DNA of 64,000 nucleotides. It comes from Faecousia sp. GTDB taxonomy: Bacteria > Bacillota > Clostridia > Oscillospirales > Oscillospiraceae. Position 1 is the stretch's first letter, and the number at the start of each line of letters is the position of its first letter. Position numbers and translations under genes: made by a program. Below, piece by piece: positions 1 through 10,171 of the stretch. The notes under the pieces are model-generated. The model saw nothing but the letters and a program-made list of their open reading frames with translations. It had not been told where the DNA came from and did no database searches. The stretch is from assembly GCA_045576715.1 (NCBI GenBank), contig JAZNHB010000038.1, positions 8,100 to 72,099 on the forward strand, read 5' to 3'.

Positions 1-836
1 TCTTTTACTACCTGATTAAGGCATACTCCATTCAAGAGCGTGCCCTTATTAACATTTGGGGCGGTGAAATCACAGCAACTTTGCAAAATGCTCTCTTCGC
101 CCCCGCCGTTGCCTTGTTCTTTTACTTCCTCTTTATGGAAAATCGAAATTTTATAAAAATCGCAGGTATTGCTACCGTTGTCATTGCACTGTATTCCACA
201 GTTATTACGGCTTCCAGAACCGTTCTCTATCTGCTGATCATCGCCTTTACCTTGAATGCTTTTCTGTACGGTGTCAAAATCAGAAAGCGTTCCGGGAAAG
301 TTCTTCTGGGCGTAGTTGCCCTTTTCCTAGGCATCCTGCTGATTTACAGTTTTGATATCTTCGGTTTGCGTAGCTGGCTGGAATCTTCGTCGCTGTTCAC
401 GCGTTTATCAGACGCTGACGACACTGCAAACTCTCTTTCCGGCAATGTTCGATGGAAGATGTCCCAGGAATACCTGGCCGCAATTCTGAATAAGCCTTTT
501 GGCAATATCGAGGTAACAAGTTCTAACTATGCCCACAACCTCTTTCTGGATATGGGCAAATTCTCCGGATTATTCCCCGCCCTGGGTCTGTTCATTTGGT
601 CTGTCAAGCAAGTCCTTTCTACCGCAAGGGTTACCTTCCGCCGTGGACAAACGCCGGCTTTTGAAGGTGTTGCCTTTGTAATGGCAAGCTGCGGTATGAT
701 GATCATTTTCTTCCTGGAGCCGATTATTGAAGGCTTGCCGGTATTCTTTGCGGGCTTCTGCTATCTTTGCGGAATTATGAAAGGCTATAGAGAACACGCC
801 TGTAACACATTGGAGGGAAAAAACAATGCAAACTGA
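1..836 (+). CDS. Wzy/O-antigen polymerase-ligase-like membrane protein, 5'-truncated by the window edge
   Basis: Frame is open from position 3. Many hydrophobic segments, a 'TASRT' motif and the 'YAHNLFLD' (HN) motif typical of Wzy_C/WaaL, in a polysaccharide locus. Confidence 0.75.
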   Translation, partial: FYYLIKAYSIQERALINIWGGEITATLQNALFAPAVALFFYFLFMENRNFIKIAGIATVVIALYSTVITASRTVLYLLIIAFTLNAFLYGVKIRKRSGKVLLGVVALFLGILLIYSFDIFGLRSWLESSSLFTRLSDADDTANSLSGNVRWKMSQEYLAAILNKPFGNIEVTSSNYAHNLFLDMGKFSGLFPALGLFIWSVKQVLSTARVTFRRGQTPAFEGVAFVMASCGMMIIFFLEPIIEGLPVFFAGFCYLCGIMKGYREHACNTLEGKNNAN

Positions 837-1833
837 TTTGGTTAGTGTTATTATGCCGGTTTATAAGGCCGAAGAATATATCGAGCAAGCGATCATGAGC
901 GTGATGCAGCAAACCTACCCCCACATCGAGCTTCTTTGCATCAACGACGGCACACCGGACAACTCCTTCGAAATTTGCAAAAAGTTAAGTAAGCAGTTCA
1001 GCAATATCCGTCTGATTGACAGCGTCGTCAACCGTGGACAGGAGTATACCCGGAATTTAGGATTGGCAGAAGCCCAAGGCGAATATATTACATTTCTGGA
1101 TTCCGACGACACCATCAACCCGGACATGATTCAAACGCTGGTTTCCGCAATCCGGACCGATCATGCCGATCTGGCAATGGTTACTTATTCCAGGATCACC
1201 AATAATGGCGAAACCCTTATCCTTGCCAACAACATGCCGGAAACCACTTTGTCCGTTTCCCAGTTTGCCACTCACTTCCTGACGGATATGGAATTCAGCA
1301 TCATCTGCTGCATCGGCGGTAAGCTGTATAAAACAGAGATTATTCGGCAAAAAAGCATCTGCTTTGACAAAAAATACAAGTATAACGAAGACGGTGCTTT
1401 TGCCCTGACTTATTTGCTCAACTCACAAAGTGTTGTCTATAAGAATCTGCCGATGTATCAATACACCATCCGGCAGAGCGGCTCTACCATGTCTTCTTAT
1501 CAACCCGACCGATTCCACAGCATCATCCAAACTAATGAGTTGGTTGGCGACCTGTTTCGGTATGGCGGTGTGTTTGAAGTGCAACAGGCAAATTACTATC
1601 GCAGAATGTTCTTTGTTATGGTAGACAGCTTGTCCAACGAAGTTCGTTATTCCACCAAAGCTAATTACAAGAAGGTTTGTAAAGAAATTCAGGCATATGA
1701 CGGATATCATCAGATGTTTTCTGTTTTGGCAGCTGCAAAAAACTTGCCCCGCCGACACATGTTGGTCTTACGTCTGATGAAAACCGGTTTGTATAATATC
1801 TTGTTTGTAATGTTGAAACTAAAAAACCGTTGA
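826..1833 (+). CDS. GT2 family glycosyltransferase
   Basis: 'VSVIMPVYKAEEYI...INDGTPDNS...RNLGL...YITFLDSDD' is the canonical GT2 N-terminus with DxD. Confidence 0.95.
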   Translation: MQTDLVSVIMPVYKAEEYIEQAIMSVMQQTYPHIELLCINDGTPDNSFEICKKLSKQFSNIRLIDSVVNRGQEYTRNLGLAEAQGEYITFLDSDDTINPDMIQTLVSAIRTDHADLAMVTYSRITNNGETLILANNMPETTLSVSQFATHFLTDMEFSIICCIGGKLYKTEIIRQKSICFDKKYKYNEDGAFALTYLLNSQSVVYKNLPMYQYTIRQSGSTMSSYQPDRFHSIIQTNELVGDLFRYGGVFEVQQANYYRRMFFVMVDSLSNEVRYSTKANYKKVCKEIQAYDGYHQMFSVLAAAKNLPRRHMLVLRLMKTGLYNILFVMLKLKNR

Positions 1834-1842
1834 GGACTGGTT

Positions 1843-2565
1843 ATGAAAAATATTTTTTTCGCCCTTTGGACCAAATATTATGAATGGTTGTTTGGCTTTC
1901 GGAAAACGGACGCCTCCGGCAAGCTCAGCCGTGTGTATATGTTTCACACAGTTTCCGATGCACCAACCGATCCGCGGAAATTTGTCTCTAATATCCGTGG
2001 GTTTGAAAAGTTTATCTCTGCTGAAACAGCCATCAGAACACCGGAAGCCTTACCCGTTCTGGTCAATCAGCGAAAGGATAATTGTTTTTCCGTTACATTT
2101 GACGATGTATATGATTGCATATACACCTGCGCCTATCCGGTTTTAAAGAAGTATCAGATCCCTTTTACCTTGTTTATCGCTACAGATTTTCTGGATCAGC
2201 CGGGGTATCTAACTACCGCCCAGCTGAAAGAAATGGCTGACGACCCCCTGTGTACCGTGGGCGCCCACACCAAGAGTCACCCCCGTCTGCGCACCGCAGA
2301 GGATGCCGCGCAGCAGATCCGGGAATCTGCGCAGATATTGCAGGAACTGCTGCAGCGGAAGATTGTGCTGTTTGCCTACCCTTACGGCAGCATTCTATGC
2401 TGCTCCCAGGCCAACACCCACCAGGCTAAGGCAGCCGGCTACACCGCAGCCTTTTCCGCTATGCGGGGCTACCTGAACAAAAACGCGTTTCGGCATCGGT
2501 TCTTCCTGCCCCGCCTGAACGGCGACCATTATGTAATACAACTTGAGACGGAGGAGTGTTTGTGA
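1843..2565 (+). CDS. Polysaccharide deacetylase (CE4/NodB-like)
   Basis: 'TFDD', 'GAHTKSHPRL' and 'FAYPYG' motifs. Confidence 0.9.
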   Translation: MKNIFFALWTKYYEWLFGFRKTDASGKLSRVYMFHTVSDAPTDPRKFVSNIRGFEKFISAETAIRTPEALPVLVNQRKDNCFSVTFDDVYDCIYTCAYPVLKKYQIPFTLFIATDFLDQPGYLTTAQLKEMADDPLCTVGAHTKSHPRLRTAEDAAQQIRESAQILQELLQRKIVLFAYPYGSILCCSQANTHQAKAAGYTAAFSAMRGYLNKNAFRHRFFLPRLNGDHYVIQLETEECL

Positions 2566-3716
2566 TGAAACCTGCAATCGTTGCCGTTGGCTACAATCGA
2601 ATTAATGCCCTGCGCAGATTGCTTAACAGTATTGAAAACGCAGTGTATCCCTGTGATGACATTCCTTTGATCATCAGTTTAGATAAGGCTCCCAACGAAG
2701 AAGATGTCGCCGCCATGGCAGAGTCCTTCCATTGGTCCCACGGAGAAAAGATCATCCGACGCTTTCCTGAACGGCAAGGCCTGCGCAAGCACATTTTGCA
2801 GTGCGGTGATCTTTCTGAAAAATACGGTGCCGTGATCATTCTGGAGGACGATTTGATCGTTTCCCCGGGATTCTACACCTATACGACAGAAGCATTGTCC
2901 TATTATGAAAACGCAGAGCCGGTAACCGGCATCGCCCTTTACAGCCACGAATGGAACGGCTATGCACGCAAATTTTTTACCCCGCTGGCAGACCAATATG
3001 ACACCTATTTCGGTCAGTACAGTATTACCTGGGGTCAATGTTGGACCCAACGCTGGTGGACCGGCTTCAAGCAGTGGTATCTTGCCCACGAAGACAAACT
3101 GGAATGGAACGACCGGATCCCTGCCGGTATCAACAAATGGTCTGACCGGTCCTGGGGCAAGTACTTCGTGAATTATATCGTAGAGCAGGGTAAGTATTAT
3201 GTGATCCCCCGGTTGGCGCTCAGCACAAACTGCTCCGATGTGGGTGAACATGTAACGATCCCGGACAACGGTCATCAGGTGCGTTTGCTGTGGGATAATA
3301 AAGAAAATTACCGCTTCGCGCCTGCGGACAAAGCAATCCGTTACGATATTTTCTTTGAAAATATGGATTTGAGCCAGTATCTGCCCGACCACATTGCCGC
3401 AGAAGACCTCTGCGTAGATCTGGCCGGTTACGGAAGAAAACCCAGCGGTCGGTATCTGCTGTCCACTCTGGAGCTGCCGTATCAGGCAGTTTGCAGCTAC
3501 GGTCTGCAGCTGCGCCCCTATGAAATGAATGTGATCATGCAGATCCCCGGCAACGAGATATTCCTGTATGACACGCAGGCCAGCGCCCCCCAGCCCAAGC
3601 AAAACAAGCATAATGTTATGCGTTACGAAACAAGATGCCTGAATGTTCGGGATCTTTTGCCCTACTCCCTGTTTTTGCTGAAAGAGTCTATTACGCGAAA
3701 AATAAAACGGAAATAA
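2565..3716 (+). CDS. GT-A fold glycosyltransferase
   Basis: 'VGYNR...ISLD...GLRKHIL...VIILEDDL...TWG' motif pattern. ATG at 2565 overlaps the upstream stop. Confidence 0.8.
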   Translation: MKPAIVAVGYNRINALRRLLNSIENAVYPCDDIPLIISLDKAPNEEDVAAMAESFHWSHGEKIIRRFPERQGLRKHILQCGDLSEKYGAVIILEDDLIVSPGFYTYTTEALSYYENAEPVTGIALYSHEWNGYARKFFTPLADQYDTYFGQYSITWGQCWTQRWWTGFKQWYLAHEDKLEWNDRIPAGINKWSDRSWGKYFVNYIVEQGKYYVIPRLALSTNCSDVGEHVTIPDNGHQVRLLWDNKENYRFAPADKAIRYDIFFENMDLSQYLPDHIAAEDLCVDLAGYGRKPSGRYLLSTLELPYQAVCSYGLQLRPYEMNVIMQIPGNEIFLYDTQASAPQPKQNKHNVMRYETRCLNVRDLLPYSLFLLKESITRKIKRK

Positions 3717-3725
3717 GGTGATCTT

Positions 3726-4628
3726 GTGAATCTCAAACAAGTAAAAATCATTCGAAAAGCTTATGTGGCGTATCAGCGGTTTATGTGCGCTTTTTTAACC
3801 GACATTGCTCCGGTAACCGCCACGAAATATGTTTACAAATACAACACCGGAAAGCGTTTGCCTCTGAACGATCCGGTTACCTTTAACGAAAAGCTCCAGT
3901 GGCTCAAACTGTTTGGCGATCAGGATCTGATGATCCGGTGCGCAGACAAGTATGCCGTCCGTTCCCACGTGCAGGATCGAGATTGTGGGCGAACCCTGAA
4001 TACCCTTTACGGTGTTTATGACAAAGTTGCCGACATTGACTTTGATGCACTTCCGGATTCCTTTGTGTTAAAAACAACGAACGGCTGCGGTACCAATATT
4101 ATCTGCCGGAATAAGTCCCAGCTGGATGTTGAAAAGACAAAAAAGCAGCTCAACTACTGGATGAAGCATCCCTACGGCCGGCAGACAGCGGAAACCCACT
4201 ACCTGAAAATCAAACCCAGAATTATTTGCGAAAAAATCATCGAGACCGAAGGCGGAACCCTTCCGTTTGACTATAAATTCTTCTGTTTTAACGGAGAACC
4301 GCGGTTCTTCTATTTGGGATACGACAGAGAAAACGGATTTAAAAAAGTCCACTACAATCTGCAGTGGAATATCATCGATATTACCAAAGAGCAGGGTGCT
4401 ATCCCTGTAGGCGACCTGAAACCCGCCTGCTTTGATGACATGGTGGAATGCGCCCGCAAGATCGCTGCCGGCATTCCCTTTGTCCGGGTGGATTTCTACG
4501 ACAGCAAAGGCTCTGCCGTGTTTGGTGAAATGACATTTACGCCCACCGCAGGTATGTCGGAGATCTACACGGAAGAGGCCGCAAAATGGATGGGTGGTAT
4601 GATTGCCCTTCCCGCAAGAGGTGAATAA
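3726..4628 (+). CDS. TupA-like ATP-grasp amide ligase (teichuronopeptide-synthesis family)
   Basis: 'TFNEKLQWLK', 'ADKYAVR', 'FVLKTTNGCG', 'DYKFFCFNG', 'FVRVDFY', 'FGEMTFTP'. Confidence 0.9.
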   Translation: MNLKQVKIIRKAYVAYQRFMCAFLTDIAPVTATKYVYKYNTGKRLPLNDPVTFNEKLQWLKLFGDQDLMIRCADKYAVRSHVQDRDCGRTLNTLYGVYDKVADIDFDALPDSFVLKTTNGCGTNIICRNKSQLDVEKTKKQLNYWMKHPYGRQTAETHYLKIKPRIICEKIIETEGGTLPFDYKFFCFNGEPRFFYLGYDRENGFKKVHYNLQWNIIDITKEQGAIPVGDLKPACFDDMVECARKIAAGIPFVRVDFYDSKGSAVFGEMTFTPTAGMSEIYTEEAAKWMGGMIALPARGE

Positions 4629-4630
4629 AC

Positions 4631-5326
4631 ATGTATGATTTAGCAATCATCGGCGGTATGGGTCCTGAGGCAACCGCAGAGCTTTTTCGCAGGATCGTAA
4701 AAAAGACTGCCGCCACCTGCGATCAGGAGCATATGCGCATCTGCGTTTTTAACGACCCCGCTATTCCCGATCGCACGGAATTTGTCCTGCATCAAGGCAC
4801 ATCTCCGCTGCCCGACATTATGGAAAATATCCAGCTGGCAAAAACCTGCGGTTGCAAATTCTTTGCCATTCCGTGCAACACCTCCCACTACTTTTCCCAA
4901 CAATACCAAAATGTGGAGGGGATCACGTTTGTGGACATGGTGCAGCACACCTGCGCACATCTTGCAAAGCATCACGCGGATAAAACCGTATGCGTTTTAG
5001 CAACAACCGGCACTGTAGTTGCGGATGTTTACAGAAAAAGCGACCACGGTCTGCAGGTCGTATATCCCGGCAAAGAAAACTGCGATTTTGTAATGCAGGT
5101 AATCCGCCGGATCAAGCAGGGTAATTACGATCCCTCTGTGTTGGCGCAACAATTGCGTGACCGCCTCCAGGAAGAATTCGATATGAAAAGAACCGTTTTC
5201 GTTTTAGCCTGCACGGAGTTGTCTCTCCTGCTGCCCTATATGCCGTCTGCCGTAGATGCTCTGGAGGTTCTGACAGACGCTGTTATACGGAAATGCGGCT
5301 ATCCGATCAAAGAGACCGTTCTTTAA
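4631..5326 (+). CDS. Aspartate/glutamate racemase family (aspartate racemase-like)
   Basis: 'IIGGMGPEAT', 'IPDRT', and two catalytic Cys motifs 'PCNTSH' and 'ACTELS'. Confidence 0.9.
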   Translation: MYDLAIIGGMGPEATAELFRRIVKKTAATCDQEHMRICVFNDPAIPDRTEFVLHQGTSPLPDIMENIQLAKTCGCKFFAIPCNTSHYFSQQYQNVEGITFVDMVQHTCAHLAKHHADKTVCVLATTGTVVADVYRKSDHGLQVVYPGKENCDFVMQVIRRIKQGNYDPSVLAQQLRDRLQEEFDMKRTVFVLACTELSLLLPYMPSAVDALEVLTDAVIRKCGYPIKETVL

Positions 5327-5366
5327 AACCATCCAGCCTGAAAGCCGGAAGAAAGGGGTAAGAATA

Positions 5367-6656
5367 TTGGGGGGATTTTCCTTAAAGAATAACAGATTCT
5401 TAGCAAACAGCAGTTGGATCATTGGGGCCAACAGTGTGCAGATGTTGCTGTCTTTTGTGATCGGCATGATTTCCGCCAGATACCTCGGCCCCTCCAACTA
5501 TGGCATTATCAACTATGCCGCATCTTTCGTGGCATTCTTTACCTCCATAGCCAGTCTGGGCATGGAGGGTGTTCTGGTAAGTGAATTAACCAAGAAAAAA
5601 TATCCGGAAGACCAGCTTCTGGGCACAACCCTTCTTATGGGTCTGGCTTCCAGCCTTTTGTCAACTGCAGTTATCCTGATTTTGATCGGCTTCCTGCAGG
5701 AGTGGAATGCCCTGATGCTGCTGGTAACCTTCCTGCAGTCGCTGACCCTGGTGTTCAAAGCCTTTAATGTATTCGATTACTGGTTCCAGGCGCAACTGCT
5801 GTCCAAATACCCCTCCGTGATCAGGTGTGTTGCTTATGTGCTGATGTCAGCCTATAAGATTTTCCTGCTGATCACTCAGAAAAGTGTAGCCTGGTTCGCC
5901 TTTTCTCTGGGGCTTGACACCTTGTTGATCGCCATTGGTCTGTGCATTTGTTATTTTGCCAGACAGCGCGCTCGGCTGCAGATCAACCCAAAACTGGTTT
6001 CGATTATCTTAAAACAAAGTTCGCCCTTTATCTTGTCCGGTCTGATCAGCGTGATCTACACCCAGATCGACAAAATCATGATCGGCGAATTTCTCAACGA
6101 CAACGCGCAGGTGGGCCTGTATACCGCATCCCAAACGATTTGTAATATCTGGCTGTTCCTGCCTCAGGCATTTATCACATCTGCCCGTCCGGTCATTATC
6201 GAAATGAAGGAAAAAAACAGCGGCAGTTATATTCAGCGGCTAAAGCAGTTATATGCCCTTCTATTGTGGGGTTGTGTTTTGGTATCTGGCATTGTTACAC
6301 TGCTTTCACCTTTGGTGGTCCGAACTCTCTACGGCGAGGACTATATGGCCACCGCAAGCAACCTGCGAATCCTAATCTGGTACACGCCCTTCTCTATGCT
6401 GGGCACCGCCCGGAGTATTTGGGTCCTGTGCGAAAAGAAAAACCGGTTTGTATGGCGGTACTTGTGTGTGGGCTCTGTTACGAATGTCCTGTTAAATGCC
6501 GTTCTAATCCCACTTATGGGAATTGACGGCGCAGCTATCGCGACGGTGATCGCTCAGTTCATATCCGCTATCATCGCCCCGGTATTCTTCAAGGAAACGC
6601 GTATTCACACAAAGTACGTACTAGAGGCTGCTCTGTTGAAGGGCATCAAACCATAA
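5367..6656 (+). CDS. wzx: Wzx flippase
   Basis: About 12 hydrophobic segments; 'ARYLGPSNYG', 'DKIMIG...VGLY', 'LIPLMGIDGAAIAT'. Confidence 0.9.
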   Translation: MGGFSLKNNRFLANSSWIIGANSVQMLLSFVIGMISARYLGPSNYGIINYAASFVAFFTSIASLGMEGVLVSELTKKKYPEDQLLGTTLLMGLASSLLSTAVILILIGFLQEWNALMLLVTFLQSLTLVFKAFNVFDYWFQAQLLSKYPSVIRCVAYVLMSAYKIFLLITQKSVAWFAFSLGLDTLLIAIGLCICYFARQRARLQINPKLVSIILKQSSPFILSGLISVIYTQIDKIMIGEFLNDNAQVGLYTASQTICNIWLFLPQAFITSARPVIIEMKEKNSGSYIQRLKQLYALLLWGCVLVSGIVTLLSPLVVRTLYGEDYMATASNLRILIWYTPFSMLGTARSIWVLCEKKNRFVWRYLCVGSVTNVLLNAVLIPLMGIDGAAIATVIAQFISAIIAPVFFKETRIHTKYVLEAALLKGIKP

Positions 6657-6669
6657 GTTTAAAGAGGTA

Positions 6670-7728
6670 TTGATTTTGAAAAGTGTATTTGCTGGAAAAA
6701 CCTTAATGATCACCGGTGGTACCGGAAGCTTTGGCAATGCGGTGCTCAACCGCTTTTTGCAGACCGATATCGGTGAGATCCGCATCTTCTCCCGTGACGA
6801 GAAGAAGCAGGACGATATGCGCCATGAGTTTCAGGCAAAGATGCCCGAGGTGGCAGAGAAGATCAAGTTCTACATTGGCGATGTCCGGGATTTGGCTTCC
6901 GTGAAGAACGCCATGCATGGAGTGGACTATATCTTCCACGCCGCCGCATTGAAGCAGGTGCCTTCCTGCGAGTTCTTCCCCATCGAGGCGGTCAAGACCA
7001 ATGTACTGGGCACCGAGAATGTGCTCACCGCTGCCATTGAAGCCGGCGTTAAGAACATCGTCTGCCTGTCCACCGATAAGGCAGCCTACCCCGTCAACGC
7101 CATGGGTACCTCCAAGGCGATGATGGAAAAGGTCATCGTTGCCAAGTCCCGTACCGTGGCTCCCGAAAAGACCAAGATCTGCTGCACCCGTTACGGAAAT
7201 GTCATGTGCTCCCGTGGCTCTGTGATCCCCCTGTGGATCGAGCAGATCAAGGCCGGCAACCCCATTACCATCACCGAACCTTCCATGACGAGATTCATCA
7301 TGAGCCTTGACGAGGCGGTGGATCTGGTGCTGTTTGCCTTTGAAAACGGCGAAAGTGGCGACATTCTGGTGCAAAAAGCCCCTGCCTGCACCATCGAGGT
7401 GCTGGCAAAGGCAGTCACCGGTCTGTTTGCCCCCAGCCATGAGATCAAGGTCATCGGTATTCGCCACGGCGAGAAGATGTACGAGACCCTGCTGACCAAC
7501 GAGGAGTGCGCCGGCGCTATCGACATGGGTGATTTTTACCGTGTACCCTGTGACAAGCGCGGTTTGAACTATGATAAGTTTTTCAACAAGGGCAATACTG
7601 AGCGCAATCACCTAACAGAGTTCAATTCCAGCAATACGGAACTTCTGAACGTAGAGCAGGTCAAGCAGAAGCTGCTTTCCTTGCAGTACATCCGCGACGA
7701 GCTGGACAAGGCTGGCATCAAGTATTAA
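6670..7728 (+). CDS. fnlA: UDP-GlcNAc 4,6-dehydratase/epimerase (FnlA/CapE)
   Basis: 'ITGGTGSFG', 'FSRDEKKQDDMR', 'HAAALKQVPSCEF', 'RYGNVMCSRGSVIP'. Confidence 0.93.
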   Translation: MILKSVFAGKTLMITGGTGSFGNAVLNRFLQTDIGEIRIFSRDEKKQDDMRHEFQAKMPEVAEKIKFYIGDVRDLASVKNAMHGVDYIFHAAALKQVPSCEFFPIEAVKTNVLGTENVLTAAIEAGVKNIVCLSTDKAAYPVNAMGTSKAMMEKVIVAKSRTVAPEKTKICCTRYGNVMCSRGSVIPLWIEQIKAGNPITITEPSMTRFIMSLDEAVDLVLFAFENGESGDILVQKAPACTIEVLAKAVTGLFAPSHEIKVIGIRHGEKMYETLLTNEECAGAIDMGDFYRVPCDKRGLNYDKFFNKGNTERNHLTEFNSSNTELLNVEQVKQKLLSLQYIRDELDKAGIKY

Positions 7729-7738
7729 GGAGTAGGAT

Positions 7739-8932
7739 ATGAACATACTCATTACCGGTGCAAAAGGCTTCGTAGGCCGTAACTTGACGGAAAACCTGAA
7801 AACCATCCGGGACGGCAAAAACCGCACCCGGAATTTGGTCATCGAGGAGATCTACGAATACGATATCGACACCGATCCTGCGCTGCTGGACCAGTTCTGC
7901 CAAAAGGCAGACTTTGTTTTCAACCTGGCAGGGGTAAACCGCCCCCAAAACCAGGAGGAGTTTATGCAGGGCAACTTCGGCTTTGCCTCTACCTTGCTGG
8001 ACACAATGAAAAAATACGGCAATGTCTGCCCGGTGCTGCTGTCCTCTTCTATTCAGGCCACCTGCATCGGCCGCTATGACGGCGAGTACGGCAGAAGCAA
8101 GAAGGCAGGGGAAGACCTGTTTTTCTCTTATGGGGAGCAAACAGGCGCCAAGGTGCTAGTGTATCGCTTCCCCAATCTGTTCGGCAAGTGGTGCCGGCCC
8201 AACTACAACAGCGCGGTTGCTACCTTCTGCAACAACATCGCCAACGATCTGCCCATTCAGGTGAACGACCCAGCGGTGGAGCTGGAGCTTCTGTATATCG
8301 ACGATCTGGTGGATGAGATGCTGGACGCCCTGGAAGGCAAGGAACACCGCTGCGAATTTGATGGCATTCAAACCGTATTGAAAGCGGATGGCCGTTACTG
8401 TGCCGCACCAATTTCCCATAAGGTGACTTTGGGCGAGATCGTAGAGCTTTTGCACAGCTTCAAGGCGCAACCCAAGACACTGCTGATGCCGGAAATTCCT
8501 ACGGGCAGCTTTGCCAAGAAACTGTATTCCACGTATTTAAGCTACCTACCCAAAGACGGTGCGATCTTTGACCTGAAAATGAACTGCGATGCCCGGGGTA
8601 GCTTCACAGAGCTGCTGAAAACGGAAAAGTGCGGTCAGTTTTCCGTGAATATCTCCAAGCCCGGCATCACCAAGGGTCAGCACTGGCATAACACCAAATG
8701 GGAATTTTTTATTGTGGTATCCGGAGAAGGTCTAATCCAGCAGCGCAGAATTGGTTCCGACGAGGTGCTGGAGTTTAAGGTCAGTGGTGAGAATATACAG
8801 GCAGTTCACATGCTCCCCGGCTATACCCACAATATTATCAACCTCAGCGACACCCAGGACTTGGTTACTGTAATGTGGGCAAATGAACAGTTTGATCCCA
8901 GTCGTCCGGACACATTTGGAGAAGTTGTTTAA
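7739..8932 (+). CDS. fnlB: FnlB/CapF reductase-epimerase (SDR + cupin)
   Basis: 'ITGAKGFVG', 'LAGVNRP', 'FGKWCRPNYNS', cupin 'KGQHWHNTKWE'. Confidence 0.93.
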   Translation: MNILITGAKGFVGRNLTENLKTIRDGKNRTRNLVIEEIYEYDIDTDPALLDQFCQKADFVFNLAGVNRPQNQEEFMQGNFGFASTLLDTMKKYGNVCPVLLSSSIQATCIGRYDGEYGRSKKAGEDLFFSYGEQTGAKVLVYRFPNLFGKWCRPNYNSAVATFCNNIANDLPIQVNDPAVELELLYIDDLVDEMLDALEGKEHRCEFDGIQTVLKADGRYCAAPISHKVTLGEIVELLHSFKAQPKTLLMPEIPTGSFAKKLYSTYLSYLPKDGAIFDLKMNCDARGSFTELLKTEKCGQFSVNISKPGITKGQHWHNTKWEFFIVVSGEGLIQQRRIGSDEVLEFKVSGENIQAVHMLPGYTHNIINLSDTQDLVTVMWANEQFDPSRPDTFGEVV

Positions 8933-8935
8933 TCA

Positions 8936-10153
8936 ATGATGAAGCATAAAGATATAACGGTACAATGCGCAGATTGCGGCAGAGATTTTGTAATCACTTC
9001 CAACGAGCAACTATTTTATGGGAGTAAGGGTTTTGCACTGCCGAAAAGATGCAAGGATTGCCGTAAAAAGCGTAAGGAAGTCAGACAGGCGCAAGAGAAA
9101 GTCTTACAGGATAAAGCGCGCAAGGAGAAAAATGAGGAAGAGGAAAAGGAACTGCACGCACTTCTGCAGGAAAAATCAATACAGCAAGTGGATTTCAAGC
9201 ATCTTAAAAATCAAAAACCGGAAACCACACTATTCGCCATCGGCAACGGCTTTGATATCATGCATGGCGTTCCGTCCAGCTATTGGGATTTTCAAAAAAC
9301 CCTTGGTAAAAATTCAGAGCTGCGCTTTCATTTGGAAAACTATCTAAAAGTAGATGCGGACAAGCTCTGGTATAACTTCGAAGACAGCCTTTCTCATATC
9401 AACGCAGGTGTAATGCTGGATGTGATGGATATGTGGCTGGATATCTATGATGTTTATCGACACAATGCTGCGTCTATGGCGGATCTGCACTGCGCAATCG
9501 ACACGGCAATGCTGCCTATGCAAGTGATCACGGAGCAGCTACCAAGGCGGTTTCGCGGTTGGGTAGAGACATTGATTGGAAATGGAAGCAAACCCTGTGA
9601 GCATTTTCTGTCTAAACAATCGTTATATTTGAATTTCAACTACACAGATTTTTTGGAAACATTATATGGGATTTCCAAAGCGCAAATCAACTACATTCAC
9701 GGTTGCCGAAAAAAGGTGAAATACCAACCCAAAGAGCAGCTGATATTAGGTCATGTCCCCAATGTAGACTATTTAAAAGAATATAAACCGAATCCTACTA
9801 TGGTTCCCCGATATAAGAACAGAAGGAAACGCGAGATCCTGGACTATGCCATTGAGACCGGAATCAATCAATGGGTATCTTATTATGAAGAGGTTTTCAC
9901 GAAGCATACTCCGGAGATCATCCAGGAAAATGCGACGTTCTTTAGCGGCACAGAGTGCGTAACGGATATATTTGTGATTGGTCACTCTCTGTCAGAAGTC
10001 GACTATCCTTATTTTACGGAAATCGTCAGGCACAATGCGAATAAAGCTTTTTGGCATATTGGCTATCACAGTTTAAGCGATTTTAAAAAGCTTCTTGTGT
10101 TTGTTAGCAAAATGGGAATCAAGGATAACTGTTTTGAGGTGTTCAGAACATAG
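8936..10153 (+). CDS. Zn-ribbon (CxxC...CxxC) domain fused to an AbiH-family abortive-infection domain
   Basis: N-terminal 'CADCGRDF...PKRCKDCR' and a coiled coil, then AbiH/SIR2-like motifs 'IGNGFDIMHG..SSY.DF', 'LNFNYT', 'YIHG', 'ILGH', 'IGHSLSEVDYPYF'. Confidence 0.82.
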   Translation: MMKHKDITVQCADCGRDFVITSNEQLFYGSKGFALPKRCKDCRKKRKEVRQAQEKVLQDKARKEKNEEEEKELHALLQEKSIQQVDFKHLKNQKPETTLFAIGNGFDIMHGVPSSYWDFQKTLGKNSELRFHLENYLKVDADKLWYNFEDSLSHINAGVMLDVMDMWLDIYDVYRHNAASMADLHCAIDTAMLPMQVITEQLPRRFRGWVETLIGNGSKPCEHFLSKQSLYLNFNYTDFLETLYGISKAQINYIHGCRKKVKYQPKEQLILGHVPNVDYLKEYKPNPTMVPRYKNRRKREILDYAIETGINQWVSYYEEVFTKHTPEIIQENATFFSGTECVTDIFVIGHSLSEVDYPYFTEIVRHNANKAFWHIGYHSLSDFKKLLVFVSKMGIKDNCFEVFRT

Positions 10154-10171
10154 TTTCGGAAAGGAAGTATT

